DNA from: a virus
Lineage: Duplodnaviria > Caudoviricetes
Length of the DNA: 64,000 nucleotides
IMG/VR virus record: IMGVR_UViG_3300023170_004399
Coordinates: 128,001 to 192,000 of that record
Strand: one strand, 5' to 3'
Under the pieces are notes generated by a model that searched no databases, had not been told where the DNA came from, and saw only the letters and a program-made list of their open reading frames with translations. A program made the translations under genes and the position numbers. Shown in pieces: positions 58,041-64,000 of this stretch (positions are counted from its first letter, which is position 1; each line of letters starts with the position of its first letter).

Positions 58041-60542
58041 ATGTACAATAAAGAACAAGTTTTAGAAAAAACACTGGAGTATTTCAAAGGAGATGATCTT
58101 GCAGCTAATGTGTTTGTAACAAAATATGCTCTTCGAGATTTAGAAGACAATTATTTTGAATTAACACCCGATGATATGCATAAGCGTTTAGCTAAGGAAT
58201 TTGCGCGGGTAGAAGAAAAATACCCTAATGCAATGAGTGAAGATGAAATATATGGTTATCTAAAAGATTTTAAATACATTGTGCCACAAGGGTCACCAAT
58301 GAGTGGTATTGGCAATCAGTTTCAAATACAATCAATATCTAATTGTTTTGTTGTTGAGTCGCCACATGATTCATATGCTGGTATTTTAAAATCAGATCAA
58401 GAACAAGTCCAGATTATGAAAAGACGTGGTGGTGTTGGTTTTGACATATCGAATATAAGACCACGTGGATTGTCGTGTGAAAATGCTGCAAGAAGTACAG
58501 ATGGTATAGAGTTATTTATGGAAAGATTTTCTAATTCTTGCCGTGAAGTTGCACAAGGCGGAAGAAGAGGCGCACTAATGTTATCTATTTCAGTTCACCA
58601 TCCACAAGTTTTAGATTTTATTAAAATAAAGCAAGATTTAAAAAAGGTAACTGGTGCAAACATCTCTGTCAGGGTTACAGACGAATTTATGGAAGCAGTT
58701 AAACTTGGTCAGCGATATGAACAGAGGTGGCCGATAGATGCTATTGAACCAGAAATTGTGAATACTGATGTCTACGCGATGGAAGTTTGGAATGAGTTGA
58801 TAACTTGTGCACATGCTTCTGCAGAGCCCGGAGTATTGTTTTGGGATACTGCTACAAGAATGACGCCTTCAGACATATACTCTACAGATGGTTTTGCTTC
58901 AACTAGTACTAATCCATGCGGTGAAATTATTTTGTCTCCATACGATAGCTGTAGACTTATGCTTGTTAATCTTACTAATTTTGTCGATAATGCTTGGTCA
59001 ACGGAGGCCACTTTTGATTTTGAAAAATATGGCACTGTTGTTAGAAAGGCACAGAGATTAATGGACAATATGATTGACTTAGAAATAGAACAAATTGATA
59101 AAATTCTTGCCAAAATAGACAGAGATGAAGAGCCAGATGAAGTGAAATATTATGAAAGATCACTGTGGCACAATATAAGACAAGCTGCCATTAATGGTAG
59201 ACGCACAGGTTTAGGTATTACTGGTTTAGGTGACGCCATAGCTATGGTAGGTCTTCAATATGGTGAAAAGTCAGTTGATTTTGTTGAGAACATTTATAAA
59301 AATTTAGCAATATATTCTTACAAGGAATCTATAAAGTTAGCTAAAGAACGTGGTGCATTCCCTATATTTGACATTGAAAAGGAAATAAGTCATCCATTTT
59401 TAGATAGAATTTTCGAACATTTAGAAGATGAAGACATTGAGACTTATAATGAATATGGTCGTAGAAATATTGCAAATACAACTACAGCCCCAGCTGGATC
59501 AGTATCTTGTTTAACACAAACTTCTTCTGGTATTGAGCCTGCATTCATGTTGTATTATAAAAGAAGAAGAAAGATTAATCCACAAGACAAAGATGCTAAA
59601 GTAGATTTTGTTGATGACTTAGGTGATAAGTGGCAAGAGTATTATGTATACCATCACAAGTTCAAAGATTGGATGGATTCTACTGATCCTGAGTGTGATT
59701 GGCACGCAGATGATTTATCTATAGCAGTTTCTCACAGTCCTTATGCAGGTGCAACAGCAAACGAAATTGATTGGCGAGCAAAAGTTAAATTGCAAGCTGC
59801 AGCTCAAAAGTGGATTTGCCATGCAATATCAAATACAACAAATTTACCGGCAGATATTGATGTTAAAACTGTTAAAGATATCTACATGATGGGTTGGGAA
59901 TTAGGATGTAAAGGAATAACAGTTTATAGAGACGGTTCTAGAAGTGGTGTTCTTGTTTCTGCTGATGATAAAAAAGAAGATAGAACAACTAGTATCGTTG
60001 AAAGACATGCACCTAAGAGACCTGAGACTTTGGAATGCAATATTGTGCATACTAGTGTTAAAGGTGAAAAGTGGGTTGTTTTAGTAGGACTAATGGATAA
60101 CAAGCCTTACGAAGTAATAGGCGGGAAAGCTGATTTAATAGAAATACCTAGAAAACATAAAAAAGCAACGCTAGTAAAGAGATCTTTCAAAACTCAAAAT
60201 AGTAAATATGATTTGCTAATTGGTGAAGGTGATGAAGAGTTGGTAATAAAAGATGTTGTTTCAGTATTTGATAATCCTAATCATGCCGGTTATACACGTG
60301 TAATTTCTACTTCATTGCGCCATGGTGTCCCTGTACAGTTTTTAGTAGAACAAATGCAAAAAGATAAAGAAGCTGACTTATTTTCTTTTTCAAAAGTTAT
60401 TGCTCGTGTACTTAAAAATTATATAGTTGATGGTACTAAGGCAAGTGTTTCTATTTGCGAAAACTGTGGAGCAGAAGGCACTTTAGTTTATCAAGAAGGC
60501 TGTCAAACTTGTACTTCTTGTGGATTTGGCGCATGCGGATAA
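58041..60542 (+). CDS. nrdJ: Ribonucleotide reductase, class II (B12-dependent)
   Basis: SNCFV, TNPCGEI, TTAPAGSVS, SSGIEP, KGITVYRDGSR, C-terminal CxxC...CxxC; no small-subunit gene adjacent. Confidence 0.88.
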   Translation: MYNKEQVLEKTLEYFKGDDLAANVFVTKYALRDLEDNYFELTPDDMHKRLAKEFARVEEKYPNAMSEDEIYGYLKDFKYIVPQGSPMSGIGNQFQIQSISNCFVVESPHDSYAGILKSDQEQVQIMKRRGGVGFDISNIRPRGLSCENAARSTDGIELFMERFSNSCREVAQGGRRGALMLSISVHHPQVLDFIKIKQDLKKVTGANISVRVTDEFMEAVKLGQRYEQRWPIDAIEPEIVNTDVYAMEVWNELITCAHASAEPGVLFWDTATRMTPSDIYSTDGFASTSTNPCGEIILSPYDSCRLMLVNLTNFVDNAWSTEATFDFEKYGTVVRKAQRLMDNMIDLEIEQIDKILAKIDRDEEPDEVKYYERSLWHNIRQAAINGRRTGLGITGLGDAIAMVGLQYGEKSVDFVENIYKNLAIYSYKESIKLAKERGAFPIFDIEKEISHPFLDRIFEHLEDEDIETYNEYGRRNIANTTTAPAGSVSCLTQTSSGIEPAFMLYYKRRRKINPQDKDAKVDFVDDLGDKWQEYYVYHHKFKDWMDSTDPECDWHADDLSIAVSHSPYAGATANEIDWRAKVKLQAAAQKWICHAISNTTNLPADIDVKTVKDIYMMGWELGCKGITVYRDGSRSGVLVSADDKKEDRTTSIVERHAPKRPETLECNIVHTSVKGEKWVVLVGLMDNKPYEVIGGKADLIEIPRKHKKATLVKRSFKTQNSKYDLLIGEGDEELVIKDVVSVFDNPNHAGYTRVISTSLRHGVPVQFLVEQMQKDKEADLFSFSKVIARVLKNYIVDGTKASVSICENCGAEGTLVYQEGCQTCTSCGFGACG

Positions 60543-60555
60543 TTTAATATATTAT

Positions 60556-60583
60556 TTAGACATTTTACTTATTTGGGTACAAT
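60556..60583 (+). promoter_or_regulatory. Candidate promoter TTAGAC-N16-TACAAT with the -10 inside a terminator stem
   Basis: -10 at 60578-60583 lies in the left arm of the 60574-60596 hairpin. Confidence 0.5.
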
Positions 60584-60601
60584 TAATTTGTACCCATTTT
60601 T
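60574..60601 (+). terminator. Intrinsic terminator after RNR
   Basis: tgggtacaa-ttaat-ttgtaccca followed by T5. Confidence 0.8.
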
Positions 60602-60622
60602 AATTTAACAAAAGGACAAAAT

Positions 60623-61228
60623 ATGCATTGGACAACAGAACATGGTTCGAATATTCTCGAATTACAACTAAGACACAACCCTGTTATTATTCGCGTTAAT
60701 GAATTTAATGAACAATCAGCATCTGATTTTTCTAAGCAAATTGGGTTAGCACACAACACTGGGCAAGACGTTATTCCTATTGTTATTGACAGTTACGGCG
60801 GTCAAGTTTATAGTTTGATGTCAATGATTGCTTCAATAAAAGCTTCAACTTTGCCAATAGCTACTATAGTTGAAGGAAAAGCAATGAGCTGTGGTGTGTT
60901 ATTAGCTTCTTGCGGCACAAAAGGTTATAGATATGTAACTGAAGATGCAACATTAATGATACATGATGTTTCTTCTATGCAGTATGGTAAAAATGCAGAG
61001 TTACAAGCAAGTGCTGATGAAACAAAAAGATTAAACGAAAAGATTTACAAAATTTTAGATACAAATTGCGGAAAAGATCCCGGTTATTTCAACAAAGAAG
61101 TATTTAATAGAGGACGGGCAGATTGGTTTGTCACCCCGGAAGAAGCAATTGCAATAGGTTTGACAGATCACATAAAAATGCCGAAGTTCCACATAATTAG
61201 TAAGTGTGAAATTAATTTTGTTGGTTAG
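60623..61228 (+). CDS. clpP: ClpP-like protease subunit
   Basis: IDSYGG, KAMSCG (Ser), MIHD (His), DWFVTPEEAIAIGLTD. Confidence 0.88.
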   Translation: MHWTTEHGSNILELQLRHNPVIIRVNEFNEQSASDFSKQIGLAHNTGQDVIPIVIDSYGGQVYSLMSMIASIKASTLPIATIVEGKAMSCGVLLASCGTKGYRYVTEDATLMIHDVSSMQYGKNAELQASADETKRLNEKIYKILDTNCGKDPGYFNKEVFNRGRADWFVTPEEAIAIGLTDHIKMPKFHIISKCEINFVG

Positions 61229-61237
61229 GAGACATTT

Positions 61238-61705
61238 ATGAAAGAGATGCTAATGGATTGGATTGGAATGCACAAATGTGTACAGATGTGGTTTCAATCA
61301 GCTCACCATTGTACTAAAGGCACAGGGTTTGCTGGAGATCATGATTTATTATATGGAGACATATATCAAAAGTTTTTTGCTGACTTTGACGTCATTGTAG
61401 AAAAATCTATTGGCATATGTGATGATGAATCTGTATCATGTCCATTGCATCTCTGTAAATGTTGTATGAAACACGTAAATAACTATCCATCACCTTGTAA
61501 TAAAGATGCTACTTATATAGCTGCACATGCACTTGCGATTATGAAAGATTATATAAAATATTTAACTGCAACTTATAATACGCTTAAGGCAAGTGGTGAT
61601 TTAACTCTTGGCACTGACGATTTAATTATGTCTTTAGCCAATGAGTATGAATCATATGTATACAAGTTACAGCAAAGAGTTAAATCTACTGTTGGAGTAA
61701 AATGA
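61238..61705 (+). CDS. Dps/ferritin-like protein, Cys-rich
   Basis: AHHCTKGTGFAGDHDLLYGDIY...DVIVEK follows the Dps H..HW...G..F...H....Y......D...E pattern. Confidence 0.7.
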   Translation: MKEMLMDWIGMHKCVQMWFQSAHHCTKGTGFAGDHDLLYGDIYQKFFADFDVIVEKSIGICDDESVSCPLHLCKCCMKHVNNYPSPCNKDATYIAAHALAIMKDYIKYLTATYNTLKASGDLTLGTDDLIMSLANEYESYVYKLQQRVKSTVGVK

Positions 61706-62589
61706 TGGATAAAGTTTTTTACAATGAGGCGTCCGCTTCAAAATTAGGGTGGAAACCACAATGGTTTATACCGGGTCATGACCAGTTTGATAACAAATTA
61801 ATTAATGCTATTAGAGCATATCAAAGAGCTCATGGCATGACGGCCGATGGAATGTGTGGCCCCGGGACTTATAGAAGAATACAAGCAGATCAAGACATGT
61901 TGCGTGATCATGTTTTTCAAAAAGTAAAAAGTGGTTCAAAGTTTATATATTATATGGGACAACCGTTTCCTATAGAATGGGATAAAGTTAGCACATATAA
62001 TGATGATAATTGTTTAAAATTAACTGGTGCTATGAGAAGGCAGTCTAAGAAAAGAAATATTAAATATTTTGTAAATCATTGGGATGTTTGTTTAAATAGT
62101 GAAAGTTGTGTAAGAGTTTTAAACAAGCGCAATATATCAGTACATTTCTGTATTGACAATGATGGTTGTATTCATCAGTTAGCAGATTGTAATGATATAT
62201 GTTTTCATGCTGGTTCAAGTACTTCAAATGCAGCATCTATTGGTGTTGAAATAAGCAACGCATATTATCCTAAATATCAAGGATGGTATGAGAAAAATGG
62301 TTTTGGAAAAAGACCTATAATTGACAATGCTACAGTACATGGGAAAGGCATGAAGCCCTTTACAGGTTTTTATGATGTGCAACTGGAAGCTGCAAAAGCA
62401 CTGTGGTCAGCTATACATAATGCTGTGGGCATACCTTTAGTTGCACCAAATAGCAAAGACACTGTCGACAAAGATTTACAAAAAGGTAAGTTTAAAGGCT
62501 TTTGTTCTCACTATCACATAACTTCGCGAAAGATTGACTGTGCCGGTCTCGATATTTGGTCAATGATAGAAGATATTAAAAATAAATAA
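61702..62589 (+). CDS. N-acetylmuramoyl-L-alanine amidase with peptidoglycan-binding domain (endolysin-like)
   Basis: AIRAYQRAHGMTADGMCGPGT (PG-binding); VNHWD, SVHFCID, FHAG, SIGVEI, SHYHI...KIDC (Amidase_2). Confidence 0.88.
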   Translation: MMDKVFYNEASASKLGWKPQWFIPGHDQFDNKLINAIRAYQRAHGMTADGMCGPGTYRRIQADQDMLRDHVFQKVKSGSKFIYYMGQPFPIEWDKVSTYNDDNCLKLTGAMRRQSKKRNIKYFVNHWDVCLNSESCVRVLNKRNISVHFCIDNDGCIHQLADCNDICFHAGSSTSNAASIGVEISNAYYPKYQGWYEKNGFGKRPIIDNATVHGKGMKPFTGFYDVQLEAAKALWSAIHNAVGIPLVAPNSKDTVDKDLQKGKFKGFCSHYHITSRKIDCAGLDIWSMIEDIKNK

Positions 62590-62596
62590 CGTACAT

Positions 62597-62648
62597 TGTT
62601 TCTAAATTGGTATAATCTTATTACTATAAGATTACTAATTTGGAGATA
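62597..62648 (+). promoter_or_regulatory. Extended -10 promoter (TGGTATAAT) inside a long hairpin that covers the SD of the glutamine synthetase gene
   Basis: TG 62608-62609 and TATAAT 62611-62616 in the left arm; GGAG 62642-62645 in the right arm. Confidence 0.6.
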
Positions 62649-62650
62649 TA

Positions 62651-63721
62651 ATGAAAACTATTTTAGAATATGTTTGGCTAGATGGATATAAAACACAGAA
62701 TCTAAGATCAAAAATAAAGGTTGTCAATACTGCTGATATAGATTTTAGTTTTGGTGATAACATGCCTGAAATATCAAAAATACCTGATTGGAATTTTGAT
62801 GGCTCTTCTACAAAACAAGCAGAGGGGGATAACTCTGAATGTTTGTTGAAACCTGTAAGAGTTTATAGGTGGCCATATTCAATAAAAAACCACTTTGTTG
62901 TACTTTGCGAAGTTTACAATGCAAATGGTATACCACACGTTACTAATAAAAGACATTTGTTAGAAAAATTACATAAAAAATATTTGCATGATCATTTCTG
63001 GTTAGGTTTTGAGCAAGAATATTTTATTACAAAGAATAGAAGACCGCTTGGCTTTCCGGAAATGGGAACTCCTGGACCTCAAGGCCAATATTATTGTGGT
63101 GTAGGAACAAATCAAGCTGTTGGTCGTAAATTAACTCTCCAACACATGTCAGCTTGTATTGACATGGGGATGGATATTACTGGCACAAATGCGGAAGTTG
63201 CTATTGGTCAATGGGAATATCAAATATTTGGTAAGTCACCTTTGAAAGCGGCTGATGATGTAATAATTTCTAGGTATGTTTTAAAACTATTAGCAGAAGA
63301 TTATGGATATGATATTAACTTTGATCCAAAGCCAATCGACGGTGACTGGAATGGGAGTGGTATGCATACTAATTTTTCAAACGAGTACATGCGAGAAACT
63401 GGCGGAGAAACTTATCTTAAAGATTTAATGAGTATTTTTAAAGAAAAGCATCATGCTAATATTAAAGATTATGGCGAAGGCAACAGTATGAGATTGACTG
63501 GTAGGCATGAAACACAGCATATTGATGTTTTCACTTACGGTATTGCTGATAGAGGCGCATCAATTAGGGTTTCGAATGATTTTGTGCGCAATGGTTATAA
63601 AGGTTACTTAGAAGACAGAAGACCCGCCAGTAATGCCAATCCTTATGTTGTATCTATTGCTATAATAGAAAACAGCTGTAGTGGTACAATTGAATGCTCG
63701 GGAAGAAACAATGAAAAATAA
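62651..63721 (+). CDS. glnII: Glutamine synthetase type II
   Basis: LEYVWLDG, WNFDGSST, FEQEY, GQYYCGVG, NAEV...QWEYQ, DWNGSGMHTNFS, RLTGRHET, RGASIR, YLEDRRP. Confidence 0.93.
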   Translation: MKTILEYVWLDGYKTQNLRSKIKVVNTADIDFSFGDNMPEISKIPDWNFDGSSTKQAEGDNSECLLKPVRVYRWPYSIKNHFVVLCEVYNANGIPHVTNKRHLLEKLHKKYLHDHFWLGFEQEYFITKNRRPLGFPEMGTPGPQGQYYCGVGTNQAVGRKLTLQHMSACIDMGMDITGTNAEVAIGQWEYQIFGKSPLKAADDVIISRYVLKLLAEDYGYDINFDPKPIDGDWNGSGMHTNFSNEYMRETGGETYLKDLMSIFKEKHHANIKDYGEGNSMRLTGRHETQHIDVFTYGIADRGASIRVSNDFVRNGYKGYLEDRRPASNANPYVVSIAIIENSCSGTIECSGRNNEK

Positions 63722-64000
63722 TTTTAAACCACCATTTAAGTGGGCAGGTGCAAAAAACAGAATGTATGAAAAGTATGTAAGTGCTGGTTTTTTTCCGGCT
63801 AGCACTTCACATGATTTATTTGTAGATGTTTTTGGTGGCACTGGTTGTGTTTCTATGTGGGTTCGTGACCGGTATCCAAATTTACCTATAGTCTTAAATG
63901 ATAATAATAGATATATAGTCGAAATGTATAAAACAATGATCAGTGATACAGAAGACTTTGTAAAAGAATATAATAAAATAATCGCACAATATTCTGTTTT
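63711..64000 (+). CDS. Dam-family DNA adenine methyltransferase, N-terminal part (cut by window end)
   Basis: Translated by hand: MKNNFKPPFKWAGAK...FVDVFGGTG...VLNDNN, matching Dam motif X (KWAGGK), motif I and the NDIN element. Confidence 0.8.
   Translation, partial: MKNNFKPPFKWAGAKNRMYEKYVSAGFFPASTSHDLFVDVFGGTGCVSMWVRDRYPNLPIVLNDNNRYIVEMYKTMISDTEDFVKEYNKIIAQYSV

Larger units (their letters stand above)
1..64000 (+). mobile_element. Segment of a large T4-like myovirus genome (head, neck, contractile tail and replication modules)
   Basis: Co-linear terminase, portal, prohead protease, gp23-type capsid, gp18-type sheaths, gp19-type tube, gp32-type SSB, RecA and helicase genes, all on one strand; dense coding; no host housekeeping context. 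Confidence 0.97.

Noticed and set aside
61702-62589. Lysis cassette around the amidase
   Set aside because: No adjacent small membrane protein resembling a holin or spanin; only the enzyme is called.
845-63841. Remaining minus-strand ORFs and short alternate-frame plus ORFs (for example 6131, 22090, 23098, 27078, 27487, 56687)
   Set aside because: All lie within longer motif-bearing genes and show no start signals I could find; only 40245-40487 and the 36543 frame had independent support.
1-64000. Stop-codon reassignment, as in some large phages
   Set aside because: Genes are full-length under code 11, and TAA, TAG and TGA each end genes directly before the next SD or start.

Overview
The window is a 64-kb piece of a large, AT-rich lytic myovirus (T4-like, jumbo-type). 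All credible genes are on the + strand, use the standard code, and mostly have GGAG-type Shine-Dalgarno (SD) sites. Gene order: unknown/baseplate-type virion proteins (1-8.1 kb); RuvC-like resolvase, primase and a fused SbcD-SbcC nuclease (8.1-12.7 kb); terminase, portal, prohead protease, small head-associated proteins, a divergent ribosomal protein bS21, scaffold and major capsid protein (13-25 kb); neck, two tandem tail-sheath paralogues, tube and tail chaperone (25.8-36.8 kb); an inserted block of unknown genes partly under sigma70-type promoters (36.9-40.5 kb); tape measure and baseplate hub genes (40.5-51.5 kb); then minimal family-A polymerase, SSB, RecA, 5'-3' exonuclease, DnaB helicase, class II RNR, ClpP, Dps-like protein, amidase, glutamine synthetase II and a window-truncated Dam-type methylase. 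Best leads: (1) a candidate +1/-2 frameshift on a T7 run, with a prfB-like AGGGG element, at the end of the tail chaperone; (2) a bS21-like gene with a remodelled motif in an SD-rich phage; (3) promoters buried inside hairpins, two of which sequester the SD, so translation would depend on which promoter made the mRNA; (4) three promoter classes that track gene function; (5) a shared amphipathic L/I-x-E motif that may mark capsid-packaged proteins. No tRNA, rRNA, CRISPR array, intron or intein was recognised. All annotation is by eye from motifs and gene order; no database search was run.
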